A stretch of 47,556 nt of DNA from a virus. Taxonomy: Duplodnaviria > Caudoviricetes. Positions 33,001 to 41,154 of the stretch are shown here, piece by piece. The stretch covers positions 1-47,556 of IMG/VR virus record IMGVR_UViG_3300038393_001298. One strand, written 5' to 3'. A program made the position numbers and the translations under genes. Position 1 is the first letter of the stretch. Each line of letters starts with the position of its first letter. Under the pieces are notes generated by a model. The model had not been told where the DNA came from. It worked only from the letters and a program-made list of their open reading frames with translations, and made no database searches.

Positions 33001-34293
33001 GTTCATGAACGCCTTGCCGCCAACGCCCATGACCTCGACAGGTGCCGTGACGAACTCGGCAAGAGCCTCCGCCAAGACCTGCGACATATCCAGCTTGCCA
33101 TCCGTCGCCATCTGGGCGAGGGCTTCGCCGCCGCCTCCCATGACGGCTTGGCTCACCGACTGCAGCAACATGTCGGCGGCCGGGTTGTGGGCGAGCTCTT
33201 TCGACGCCAAACCGCCCGACAGGCCATCAAGCATGCCGATGATGACGCCTCGCGTGTTCCCACGCTTTACGGCTTCCTCCATGATCGAGGGATTGCGGAG
33301 GACGCCGGCCACGCCTTCGGGCGTCGTGATGTCATAGCCCTTCGATTGGAAGTATTCTGCCGGCGAAGTGTAGCGCTCCGTCGCATAGGACGTGCCGCCC
33401 ATGAAGGCGGCGCCGAGCTCAGGATTGCGCGTCAACGCAGTTGCAGCCGTCGCCGCTGCCATCTGAGGCAGGCTTTCCGCTGCCGTCTCGGAGAAGAATG
33501 CCGCCGCGCCTCCAGGATTTGCGACAATTCGCTGCCCCAGGGCCGCAACCTGCGTCCACACGTCCTGCCCTTGAACGGTCTTTGCCGCCTCTTCCCACTG
33601 CTGCTTGAACGCCTCGCCGGCCTGGCTGTACCGATAGGTGGCGATGGTCTGCTGCACCTTTCCGACCTGGCCAAGCCGATATTCAGCGGATGCCCGGTTA
33701 TCCTCGCCTGTCGCCTGGGCGATGCTGGAACCGATATAGCGGTTGGTCGCGCCATAGAGGCTGCTGATCATGCTCAGCGGGTTGTTGGGCGAGAGAAGCC
33801 CAGGTTTGGACTGCTCATCCTCATACATGTCGGCAAAGGACTTGCCTTCATCCTGGGCGCGCTGCATCGCCTTCTCGGCAAGGAACTGCTGCGGGATCTG
33901 CTGCGTGGTTCGGATGCCGCCTCGAGCAAGACCAGCGCCGGCCGCCCGCAAGCCGCCTTCCCACCACGAGAGGTTCGACAGGTCATCCTTGGCCAGCGCC
34001 GCGTTGTCAGGATCACGGACCCACTGCGACAAGACGGGGGCGCCGTACAACATGGTGCTGTTGCGGGCGCGATCAATTACGCGCTGAAAGTCGGGCCGCG
34101 CCGCGGCTACGAGACCGGTCGGCGGCGCAGGTGACCCGGTGAGCTTGGCATAGTCCTGCCCTAGCCGAAGATCGTTCGCCGTCTGATCGGGCGTGCCAGG
34201 AGCCATTTCGAGGGCAACGGTTGCGGGAGCAACCTGCTCAGCATCCCTCTGACGAAGGTAATCGTCAAACGCGGCAATCGAATTGTTGGGCAT
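27034..34293 (-). CDS. Large DNA-ejection/internal virion protein (polyvalent)
   Basis: 2419 aa; DLSTLLHESGH, EQWARAFE.Y..EGKAP and GGYYPIKYD motifs; gp16 position. Confidence 0.85.
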   Translation of the reverse strand: MPNNSIAAFDDYLRQRDAEQVAPATVALEMAPGTPDQTANDLRLGQDYAKLTGSPAPPTGLVAAARPDFQRVIDRARNSTMLYGAPVLSQWVRDPDNAALAKDDLSNLSWWEGGLRAAGAGLARGGIRTTQQIPQQFLAEKAMQRAQDEGKSFADMYEDEQSKPGLLSPNNPLSMISSLYGATNRYIGSSIAQATGEDNRASAEYRLGQVGKVQQTIATYRYSQAGEAFKQQWEEAAKTVQGQDVWTQVAALGQRIVANPGGAAAFFSETAAESLPQMAAATAATALTRNPELGAAFMGGTSYATERYTSPAEYFQSKGYDITTPEGVAGVLRNPSIMEEAVKRGNTRGVIIGMLDGLSGGLASKELAHNPAADMLLQSVSQAVMGGGGEALAQMATDGKLDMSQVLAEALAEFVTAPVEVMGVGGKAFMNRRAKAERARAQAQFTAELSQNAQTSALRNRMPDKFQDFIAKAADGTQAENMLMPADKFVELFQSNGLDPYEAASELAGIPAGDIDRAIASGGDLRIPTAAYAAKIAGTELDQAFMENSRWTPDGMTLAEASEFEARMVEHMDNLARDMAADRAAEDAARPYEQEVYDTMVSRLRMAGRSTDVATTEAMLWPAFYRTIAERTGRTVKEMMDAYPLPDVQGAIPQGIQLREPDALAKTLDDARGALKRIKRGSGTPLLDFIRDRGGIDDSSGEVSFAGGKGKLIAKKPTAENAPGNVVQAAIEAGFLADDPVVQTYHQAAADGAQQPDLVPSLYAAIQRELAGKAERVAGAGPEKDLLRQADDIAEYLHSIGTSLDATNEEIRAAIEASQAGASYGQSEFDKGGRAAPVNVNSGTVLTPVELSNLPAIEDYAAARDAVELGDVTNASGDTVKVTKTAVRKWFFSGGNDTKRSLAPHFVDLFKNSVTYNVGSDFSQSAAHLVLDGKDVAVRFIMREIGGEGRKLYQVEGIELSPLTGPSELSSVQQGGDEVPISKPSLREEGQNLDGAGASAGREVTIDQAVAAFNNFPAGQRSLFQADGSGPVGARGSIQFPAGGVASGESIIRLFEEADLSTLLHESGHYFLTVMQDMAVKGDKPMAAEMDNVRAWWRDNAAAVARDAGQGVTKADVLKAMDEGTTGSAAKDAAIDVGMQEQWARAFESYLMEGKAPAKELRSAFGKFRAWLLGIYRRLRQLNSNVSDEIRGVFDRILATDDQINNARSETGEDLPSFSTAEQLGLTPEQFEALQERRRAAQDDAQRRALKETMEPLRREREKWFKDEQAKVAAEVERDVNTYPYYRAFEWMANGRWLGEDARPSDLPALKLNRAALIDRYGDGILKSLPRGKERVYAVDGIDPDDAAGWFGYDSGDALVRALEQAPNRKEAIKAETQRRVYEKYGDPLKDGDIENIALEAVHGERKGEWLAAELKAVVDVAGAGKAMSFADARDMAKRMLSNANLRDAAAANRYLAAERKAASLASDHAKALAADSAWLEMANRKIRQSAKAGSVEGVNAAISERNRLIETQTRTLQVPERQKTYQTNQGQVTRITPAHTRAQVSLGVNDRAKALIDAKNKQLLNHALFIEAKHIQEEIGKGERLVTRLGKASTRERIAEAGRRDSLGLPSSVDYLAAIDELLERYDFRRSSAQDDSRRQSLLAYVAAMTAAGRENELSIPEEVLKNAQRTPYKTLTTDEFRGVIASLQNLEHSAKRWAKYIEGQEEASMQETIDGLRDAAAQSQTPRPPGRVETKGERVRRAVTGYLDLAMNASSLLREWDGTEDGKFKTGGIWERTFKRPIDDAQVRLIARKEQAADRMHEIYNVYSAKERRNMNTRELIPELGISLSKWERISVALNMGNEGNLQRLMAKDDRGAPVPGAFSASQVQAIIATLDERDADFVQSVWDFIASYQPELAARERRVTGTEPEWVQAKPVTIGGKELKGGYYPIKYDPRLAGLQADYDIKELADGIVGGRFGKAQTKNGHLKARETSTNMPLKISMDVFHQHINQVLYDLEMSEPVSRAWQIMQNDQVRSLFREYGKQADYDALQIWLKDAAEGEIRSASTYGQVFRFFKSSFTMAKLGFNLGSALVQFSGLTQTFVVAGKKNAVLGIRDAFRPGMAQAIPQKSAFMRSRQTSFNKDISDFRIDPLSSAGQTRWAEIKNKVITPLAFWTMTKAQYWTVDVPTWLAGYRQGLEKFKGNEAEAIRHADDVVKRVGGSGIFTDRTGIERGAYSLTSRQNDFVRLFTALASYVFAKYNLAYERTRGGIAEIREGETMSQRFGAALSLTVDMALIFTAEAVITAAIRGQLPGDDEDKPEKDRQSWAKFLARETAFSALGTLPFVRDVVPALQGYGGGSTYGSIVETIGKPIALTFAGKTDNKNYLKSIVDATGAASGLPSTQINRVLDVILAEQRGQDITAFEALSHQFGRKLPR

Positions 34294-34396
34294 GTCGTTC
34301 CCTTTGGCGTCGGGACGCTATAGATACTGCCAGCAGGTTACGTCCTCAGCGAAGCGCTAGACCTTCGAGGGCGAGCAAAAGAGAACGTGGGGTGGA

Positions 34397-34759
34397 ATGA
34401 TCTATAAAACTCTGATTGCCGCATTGGCCATGATCGTAGGGGCATCCCTACCTGCAAAATCCCAAGGAACCAGTCTCACTGGTGACGATCTTTATGAAGC
34501 CTGCCGAACGGAAAAGTACTCTGAAAAGATTGGCTTCTCTCAAGGGTATTGCCTTGGAGTAATTGCAGGGGTTACGGCATCTTTGCAGGGGCAGGATATT
34601 GGCCCAAAAATGCGGATTTGCAGAGACAAAAGCGTAAATGATGCGCAGATATTGAAGATTGTTTTGAATTATCTAGATAAAAATCCGCAATATAGAACGA
34701 GAAGCTTCGAGTATGTGGTATGGTTGGCGATGAGAAGTTCTTTCCCATGCGCCAATTAG
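34397..34759 (+). CDS. Rap1a/Tai-family periplasmic immunity-like protein
   Basis: Signal peptide; TGDDLYEAC..YCLGVIAGV..IC..V...Q...IV.NYL..NP..FPC; AT-rich, opposite strand. Confidence 0.8.
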   Translation: MIYKTLIAALAMIVGASLPAKSQGTSLTGDDLYEACRTEKYSEKIGFSQGYCLGVIAGVTASLQGQDIGPKMRICRDKSVNDAQILKIVLNYLDKNPQYRTRSFEYVVWLAMRSSFPCAN

Positions 34760-35361
34760 CGCCCCGCTGAACGACACTTCAGCGCGCCCTCAGGATTATT
34801 CCACCCCTTTTCGATCGCTTTGACCCGCAATCCTCGCGGCGGGTGATCGGTTGTCGGGCGATCATCAAGCGCCGCTGTCATGGATAGGGCCTGATCGAGC
34901 GAATAGTTCATCCGACGCAGTGTGGCGCCAGCGAAGGAATCGGCCTCGATTTCCTGCTGCCAATGGTCCTTGGCCACATCGAAGGAGTGGCGGCAATAGA
35001 GATGCCCGAGCTCGTGGGCCATCACGCCCTGGGCTCCCTCATACCCGATCTTCGGGCTCAATGTGCGGCCGTACACGATGATGCGACTGCCATCTGCAAC
35101 CATAGCCAGCGCATTGGCCCCTATATCGCCATTCATCGGATAGATAAGGCATTCGTCGCCGGTGAGGTTCATGGCCTTGCAGGCGTCTTCCAGCATGAAA
35201 GCATAATCTTCGAACGCCGGCTCGACCCAGGCAGACTTTATGCCAAGAGGCAGATGGAACGTTTTCGCGTTCTTGCCGAACTCGATCTTCATTCCGTCTC
35301 GCGCCTGCGCGCTGCCCTGACACGATATGAACGCGAGCGCCACTAGCAATAACAGTCGCAT
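34756..35361 (-). CDS. Secreted M48-like zinc metallopeptidase
   Basis: Signal peptide; AHELGH, EIEADSFA, DHPP..R motifs; GGAGG SD. Confidence 0.82.
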   Translation of the reverse strand: MRLLLLVALAFISCQGSAQARDGMKIEFGKNAKTFHLPLGIKSAWVEPAFEDYAFMLEDACKAMNLTGDECLIYPMNGDIGANALAMVADGSRIIVYGRTLSPKIGYEGAQGVMAHELGHLYCRHSFDVAKDHWQQEIEADSFAGATLRRMNYSLDQALSMTAALDDRPTTDHPPRGLRVKAIEKGWNNPEGALKCRSAGR

Positions 35362-35438
35362 TCGAACCTCCACCCGCCCAACTTCAAACATTTTGCACGG
35401 CTTGAGAGAGAGTGCCAAGCGGCCATCATCGAATGCCC

Positions 35439-35711
35439 TCAGCGGGGCGGCCAGGTGACTGGCACGAACAGCGTCTCACTATCCATGACATGGATTGGCA
35501 GCGAGCCTAGTGAAGATACCCACGCGGTATAGGCGACGTCATTCAGTAGACGCGCCGGCAACACGAAGAGGCCGACCAACGTGCCGAACCCGAGGTTGTT
35601 CGCGAGGGTGTTGGTGATGGCCTGGGGCGCAACGGCAGCATCCTCAGTGTTGAGGGTGATCGCGGCGTCCTTCTGCGCGGTATCGAGCAGGATGAAAGCT
35701 TGAACGGTCAT
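35439..35711 (-). CDS. Hypothetical protein
   Basis: 90 aa; ATGA overlap. Confidence 0.75.
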   Translation of the reverse strand: MTVQAFILLDTAQKDAAITLNTEDAAVAPQAITNTLANNLGFGTLVGLFVLPARLLNDVAYTAWVSSLGSLPIHVMDSETLFVPVTWPPR

Positions 35712-36526
35712 ACGTTGGCTCCTACGCCTGTCATGTAGGCTTGCAGTGCGGTGTAAAGCTGGGGCTGCATGGTCGTGCCGAGGCCCGCGCCGATGGTGGC
35801 GGCGGCAAGCTGGTCAGTAGTGAAGGCGGAGGTTCCGCCGTCGGAGTTTACGGCGAGAAGCGTGAATTGGGCGCCATTCGTGGGCGCGCTGCTGGCGATG
35901 GTGACGGGGCCGAGATAGGCGCCGCTCTTGTAGGCTCGGAACGAGGTCGAAGAGACCCGATCTATCGCGTAGAAGCCTGGATTGGCGGCATTTGCGATGC
36001 CTGCGCCCGATCCTCCATCGTTGAGCGCCGAATTCAAAAGGTCGCTGGTACCCCGCGTCTGGATGTATGTTGCTATGGGACCGGTGAGCGCGCCTATCTG
36101 CGCGGTGCCGTCTGCCGCCCTCGCTGTACGGTCGTAGCAAGAAATATGACTGGAATTCTGCTTGAACTTCAGACCAGCCGCCGCCGGCGTAATCCCGGTT
36201 ACCAGCATAGCCGTTGACCCGTCGCCGGCATATCCGCGATCGATTGTGAAGACCGGACTATTGACCGCCGTCAGGTTGTAAAGGTCCTGTACCCAATTCA
36301 GCCGAGCGGCCTGAGCATCATGTGCCGCCATCACATAGAGGGCGTCGAAGTTGGCCCAAATGCCATTCGCCTTCAGTGTCGTGATCAGGCTGTTGATCAG
36401 GCTCTTGCGGGTGTTGTCGGGCTGCACTGTCATGCGGGCAAACAAGGCGGTCGCGGCGGGATCGTAGCTCGAACCGCCGCTCTTTCCTATCCGGCCGAAC
36501 TCGAACCCGAAGCCAAATCCCCTCAT
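35708..36526 (-). CDS. Putative virion accessory/adhesin protein
   Basis: 272 aa; N-terminal GFGFGFEFG, helical segment, then beta-rich domain. Confidence 0.7.
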   Translation of the reverse strand: MRGFGFGFEFGRIGKSGGSSYDPAATALFARMTVQPDNTRKSLINSLITTLKANGIWANFDALYVMAAHDAQAARLNWVQDLYNLTAVNSPVFTIDRGYAGDGSTAMLVTGITPAAAGLKFKQNSSHISCYDRTARAADGTAQIGALTGPIATYIQTRGTSDLLNSALNDGGSGAGIANAANPGFYAIDRVSSTSFRAYKSGAYLGPVTIASSAPTNGAQFTLLAVNSDGGTSAFTTDQLAAATIGAGLGTTMQPQLYTALQAYMTGVGANV

Positions 36527-36825
36527 CGCGTCACCACCGCCACCTTGTCGCCGGCACCGATCGTGAAGGAACGCGCTTGCCCAGCGCTCAGCGCCCGGCG
36601 TGGGTTGACTGTGGCGTTTGGCGTCGCGCCGATCGCCACAAAGATTGCTTCGTCCGCCACGATGGTAACGAAGCGCTGGCCGCCAGCAGTAGGGGCCGCC
36701 ATGCTCGTAACCTGATTTGAACCAGTGGGCGTGATCGTTTCGCTTAAGATCACGCCTCCCTCGATCGCCATGTTGCCGCCGATGCCGCCACCGCCGGCCG
36801 TCGTGATTTCAATATGCGTGGGCAT
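36523..36825 (-). CDS. Hypothetical small beta-rich virion protein
   Basis: 100 aa; AAGGAG SD; ATGA overlap with next gene. Confidence 0.75.
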   Translation of the reverse strand: MPTHIEITTAGGGGIGGNMAIEGGVILSETITPTGSNQVTSMAAPTAGGQRFVTIVADEAIFVAIGATPNATVNPRRALSAGQARSFTIGAGDKVAVVTR

Positions 36826-36837
36826 ATTCCACTCTCC

Positions 36838-39800
36838 TTAAAGCTTCCCGGCTTCTCTCAACCGCTTTGCCTCTGCCTTCACGTCGCTCTCGCGAATGAC
36901 GGCGCGCGGCCGTGCCTTTTCGAGGGCAGCGCGAACGCCGGCCAGTTCCTCATCCGTGAACGTTTCTGCCGCCTTCTGCCGCTCCGCCTCTCGCGCCCTG
37001 GCTGACGTGTCGTCGACCATCCGCTGAATAGCGTCTGCTTCCTCCTGCGACCCTGGCTGGAGGTTTGGCTGGCCTTCCGGAACACGGCTCTGATCCTTCG
37101 GGCCCGTGTCCTGACCAATCGACGTCGACATGATGAACGGCTCAGGCTGGGGCTGAACAACTGGCGCCTGCTCCTGGCCCGGATACACGGCGGGGGCTGG
37201 CCCCTCTGCACCAGTCGCCTGCGGCGGCGGCACCACACCAGGCGGCGTGGCGGCCGGTGCTGGAACCTGGGGCTGCACGCCAGCCGGCGCAGACGGAATG
37301 GGCGGCCCGTTCTGGGGATAGTCGGCTGGGTTCGCGCCAGGGTTCTCCCGCGAGGTGAAGTCATTGTAGGCCGCGGCGACTTCCACCTGTGACGGCTGCC
37401 TGCCAAGACGCGTCGCCAAGCGATCGGTGATATGGCGGCGCAGATCCGTCGGGATCTGTTCATAGGTGGAGGTGCCCACCATGAACGAGCCGTCGGGACG
37501 ATTGCGCCCCTGAAAGACGAAGCGATTGGGCACGCCGCCGAACATCCCGGCTTCAACCTTCCCGCCCTGGGCGTTCTGAAACACGACCGGACGCGACAAT
37601 GTCTGAAGCATGTTCTCCACATCCATGTAGGTCGGAGAGCGCCCATTGTTCGCGATCTTGTACGCCTGGATCTGCTGCATGAGAGCAAGGCGCGCCTGAA
37701 TCTCCTGCTTCTTTGCCTCCTGCAGTTCGGTGCCCGACTTGCCTTGCGAGCCGTAGCCCATGGCCTGAATGTACGGTTCGGCCTGCTTCATGGCGGCATC
37801 GATCTCAACGCCGTCCTTCTGCGCGCTGGCCGGGTCGCTGATGTACTTCGTCTGCGTGTCGGTCAGCTCCTTCATGGTCTGCTGACTGATGCGATCGCGA
37901 TACTGCATCAGGTCGACGCCTGCGAAGGTCGAGGGATCGGCCGCCGCAAACCGGCGCATATTGTAGACTAGGTTCTGATCGTCATTGATGGTCGGCCCCT
38001 TGGCGCGTGCCTCCTCGTAGTTGAAGGCGGCGCTCATATCCTCCATCGCAAGGCGGGAGCGCAGATCCGGTGGCACTGATGCGACGGTGTTCCCGGCATC
38101 GACCCAGTTCCAGAGCTGCTGTTTCGCCTGTCGATGGTCAGCCTCATCGGCCGCGGCGGCCGACGCCAGACGCGAATTGATGAGCTTGCGGGTCTGCTCC
38201 CGCACGGTGGGGTCTGAGATCTGCGACAGACCCTGCTCGATCTGATCATAGGAGGGCATGCGCGAACGATAGGACATGCCATCGCGGCCAGCGACGACTT
38301 GCCCGGTCGCCGGGAGGTTGCGATAGTTCGGCTCTCCCCCTGCCATGAGATTAGCCCGCGGCCCGGCGGCGCTGGGCGCGCCGGCTGCGCCGCTGGCGAT
38401 ACGCTGGCGAGCGTCGATCGGCTCGATATGCCAGTCTTCCCAGGACATGCGGAAATTCAAACCATATGCCCGGGCATTGTCGTGCAGCCATTTCTTGGCG
38501 TTCTCAGGCATGGAGCGGATGCCGCCGCCCTTCCAGCCAAGATCTGCCGCCAGCCCGAACTCATGCGACGAGCCGCCAGGCCGGGCGACGCTATGGCCGC
38601 TGCCATCGCTGTTTTTATGCAGGCCGGCCTGCACGCCGCTGTCTCGGTAGTCGGACGTCAACGTGATGCCGTTGCGGATCTCCGGCGGCGCATCTTGGAT
38701 CATGGCCGCAAGGTTGGCGGCGAAGTCTTCCTGCAGGCCACGCACGCTGTTGCCGTGGTTCGACCTGCCGCTGAGAAAGCGATACGCATCCGCGCCGGCA
38801 ATGGTAGAGGCCCTCCGCGCCTGGGGCATTGTATCATTGAGCTGACCACCACGACCGCGGCGCCGGGCGGGCTGCTCTTCTCCGAATACCTTGCCGACAT
38901 AGTTGTACGTCTCGCGAGGCAGAGAGCTGTCATCGCGTCCCGCCTTGATCCAGGCGTCAGCAACCTTCGGCCCCGCATTGTAGGCGATCACGGCCGCTTT
39001 ATCGTCTCCGTACTTGGCCCGCATCTGCGAGAAATACTCTTCACCGATCGCAAGGTTGTCGTCGGGATTGTTCTTGAAGTGGTCGCGCAGCTGGGCATCG
39101 TTCATCTGTGCGATGTCGCTACGCCCCATCTTCGTGGCCACCTCACGCGCCGTCTTGGGCATCACCTGCGCAAGCCCCTGCGCGCCGGCCGTCGACACCG
39201 CGCCAGGATCCTGGCTTTGGTTTTCCACCTGCGTGACCATGAAGGCATAAGGCGAGGCAGGATCGCGCGGCACGAACCGACGCGAAATCGTCGTCGGAGG
39301 AGGCATGCCTACGCCGCGCTGTGTGGGGCTTGCCGTTATGGGCGCGCTGCCATTGGTGCCGCCCAGGATCTTGTCAGTCTCAGTCGTCGCCGCCGCCGCC
39401 TGCTGCGCGGGCTTGATGATGGCGCCGAGCTCGTATTGATCGTTCGCCGAAATAGCGCCCTTGTTGGCGTCGAAATACTGGATAGCCTCGCTCGACTTTC
39501 CATCCTGCAGGAAGCGTTTCACCACATTGGAGTGGATGCCGGATAGGAAGGTGTCCTTTTTGAGCTTGAGCTGTTCGGGTGACCACCCCTGCAGTTTGCC
39601 GGCACTATCAAGTTCCGCCAGGCCGCCCGCCATGAAGAAATCGCGCTGCTTGGGGTTGTTGTAATTTACGGCGGCATCATTGGTGAACGACTGCAGGCGA
39701 GAGTCGGTTTCGCCAATCGTCCACTGCTTGCGCTCTTGCGCCTGGTGCATGATGCCTGCTTGGAAACGCTGCGTCTGGAGCGCCTGCGACGCCTCAAGGA

Positions 39801-40167
39801 ATTTGGTCTTGGCGGTGCCGCTCAGCCCTTCGGCATATTTCTGGCGCAGCTTCTCGTCGTCGTCCTGATAGCCCTTGTACCCCTCGACAGCAGATTGCCC
39901 CTGCTTGGTGAGATAGCCATTCTCACCCCATTGGAGGTTCCCGCCGTCGCGCTGATATCCCGACAAGCGCGATTTGACCGCATTCATGTCATCAAGATCG
40001 CGGACGGCATCAAAGGCATTCGCTGCGCTATCCAGTCCGCGCGCAATCTGCCCCATGCCGCGCGCCTGGGCGGCGCCGAACATGTCGGGCGTGGACTGCA
40101 CGTCGATACCCTGGCGATCGGACGGGCGAAGCTCCACCTCGCGCTGATACGGAACGACAGGCGGCAT
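36838..40167 (-). CDS. Ejection protein with SLT lytic transglycosylase and M15 peptidase domains
   Basis: VE..AVS.AGAQGLAQVMP.TA..AYNAGP..ETYNYV; SDYRD..VARPGGSSHEFGLAADL..EDWHIE. Confidence 0.88.
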   Translation of the reverse strand: MPPVVPYQREVELRPSDRQGIDVQSTPDMFGAAQARGMGQIARGLDSAANAFDAVRDLDDMNAVKSRLSGYQRDGGNLQWGENGYLTKQGQSAVEGYKGYQDDDEKLRQKYAEGLSGTAKTKFLEASQALQTQRFQAGIMHQAQERKQWTIGETDSRLQSFTNDAAVNYNNPKQRDFFMAGGLAELDSAGKLQGWSPEQLKLKKDTFLSGIHSNVVKRFLQDGKSSEAIQYFDANKGAISANDQYELGAIIKPAQQAAAATTETDKILGGTNGSAPITASPTQRGVGMPPPTTISRRFVPRDPASPYAFMVTQVENQSQDPGAVSTAGAQGLAQVMPKTAREVATKMGRSDIAQMNDAQLRDHFKNNPDDNLAIGEEYFSQMRAKYGDDKAAVIAYNAGPKVADAWIKAGRDDSSLPRETYNYVGKVFGEEQPARRRGRGGQLNDTMPQARRASTIAGADAYRFLSGRSNHGNSVRGLQEDFAANLAAMIQDAPPEIRNGITLTSDYRDSGVQAGLHKNSDGSGHSVARPGGSSHEFGLAADLGWKGGGIRSMPENAKKWLHDNARAYGLNFRMSWEDWHIEPIDARQRIASGAAGAPSAAGPRANLMAGGEPNYRNLPATGQVVAGRDGMSYRSRMPSYDQIEQGLSQISDPTVREQTRKLINSRLASAAAADEADHRQAKQQLWNWVDAGNTVASVPPDLRSRLAMEDMSAAFNYEEARAKGPTINDDQNLVYNMRRFAAADPSTFAGVDLMQYRDRISQQTMKELTDTQTKYISDPASAQKDGVEIDAAMKQAEPYIQAMGYGSQGKSGTELQEAKKQEIQARLALMQQIQAYKIANNGRSPTYMDVENMLQTLSRPVVFQNAQGGKVEAGMFGGVPNRFVFQGRNRPDGSFMVGTSTYEQIPTDLRRHITDRLATRLGRQPSQVEVAAAYNDFTSRENPGANPADYPQNGPPIPSAPAGVQPQVPAPAATPPGVVPPPQATGAEGPAPAVYPGQEQAPVVQPQPEPFIMSTSIGQDTGPKDQSRVPEGQPNLQPGSQEEADAIQRMVDDTSARAREAERQKAAETFTDEELAGVRAALEKARPRAVIRESDVKAEAKRLREAGKL

Positions 40168-40691
40168 TATGCGATGCTCCCAACGCCAGATTTGCTTTTC
40201 TGATAGCTCTTGTACGCGTCGCCTGCGCCGCCAATGACCGTGCCGAGGGCCGAGAGGTAGCCTTCGTTTGCTTTGGCCTTGCCCTCATAGCGGGTCAGCT
40301 CGGCCTGAGTGTTGTTGTTCCAGGCTGCCACCCGGTAATCATGGGCCTCTCGATAGGTGTTGGAACGAACGGTGAGGCTGTCGAGCTGCGAAGCCACGCT
40401 CGCATCTACGATGCTGTCCATGGGCGAGCCGAACGAGGTATCGACATTGCCCGTAGCAAGCCCGACCTTCTGCCGCGCTACGGCCATCGCGCCTTTCTGC
40501 TGCTGTTGCTGTTCGGCGATCTTGCCGCGTTCCATGGCATCCTGAGCGCGCTTCTCATTGAGCTGCGCGTTCATCTGCATGATCTTGGCGTTGTAGTCGG
40601 CGGACTTCTGCGCCGCCTGCCCGGCTTGCATCGCGCCCATCGCGCCGATCGCTGTGGAGGCGAGGCCGGCAATAAGGCCGAAATCACACAT
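40167..40691 (-). CDS. Internal virion protein (T7 gp14-like)
   Basis: MCDFG N-terminus, Ala/Gln-rich helices, GNVD..GSP.D motif. Confidence 0.75.
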   Translation of the reverse strand: MCDFGLIAGLASTAIGAMGAMQAGQAAQKSADYNAKIMQMNAQLNEKRAQDAMERGKIAEQQQQQKGAMAVARQKVGLATGNVDTSFGSPMDSIVDASVASQLDSLTVRSNTYREAHDYRVAAWNNNTQAELTRYEGKAKANEGYLSALGTVIGGAGDAYKSYQKSKSGVGSIA

Positions 40692-41154
40692 TTCCGTCTC
40701 TCCTCGCCTCGAACACGCGGAAGGTATAGCCCCCCTTGGTTACGCGCTCTCCGAACTCGAACCCGAGCCATGCAAGCCAGCGCACCGCCGCCTCGTTGCG
40801 CTCGTCGACGGCATTGACAAGGTAGGTGTAGCGCTTGAGAAGCAGGGGCAACCAAGGCTTGGAGCACCGCAGGAACGTCACGAAATATCGCTCGACGGAG
40901 CGCGTTCCCAACAGCCAGGGCCCGCCATGCCCGAGCAGCAGATTGATGTCGCCAACACCCCAGATCAGAGCCGGGGCACCGCCGCACATGGCCGTGCGAG
41001 CAAATGAGGATCTCTTGAGAGAGTTGCGCAAAGCCTCGATCGGAGTTGAGCCCGTCGCGGCCTTTACCTCCTCGACGTCGGCCGGGCGCATGAAGTTCGC
41101 CACGTGCTCGACGTGCCATCCCTCGACAGGGACAAGATCAACCTTCCGGGTCAT
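40684..41154 (-). CDS. T7 gp13-like GNAT-fold assembly protein
   Basis: MRPADVEEV..PWLLGT..LVNAVDERN..AVRWLAWLGF. Confidence 0.8.
   Translation of the reverse strand: MTRKVDLVPVEGWHVEHVANFMRPADVEEVKAATGSTPIEALRNSLKRSSFARTAMCGGAPALIWGVGDINLLLGHGGPWLLGTRSVERYFVTFLRCSKPWLPLLLKRYTYLVNAVDERNEAAVRWLAWLGFEFGERVTKGGYTFRVFEARRDGNV

Noticed and set aside
29371-34134. Long plus-strand ORFs (648 aa, 744 aa; similarly 38-1489, 38299-39546, 45652-46677)
   Set aside because: Antisense shadows of well-supported GC-rich genes, with no recognisable motifs
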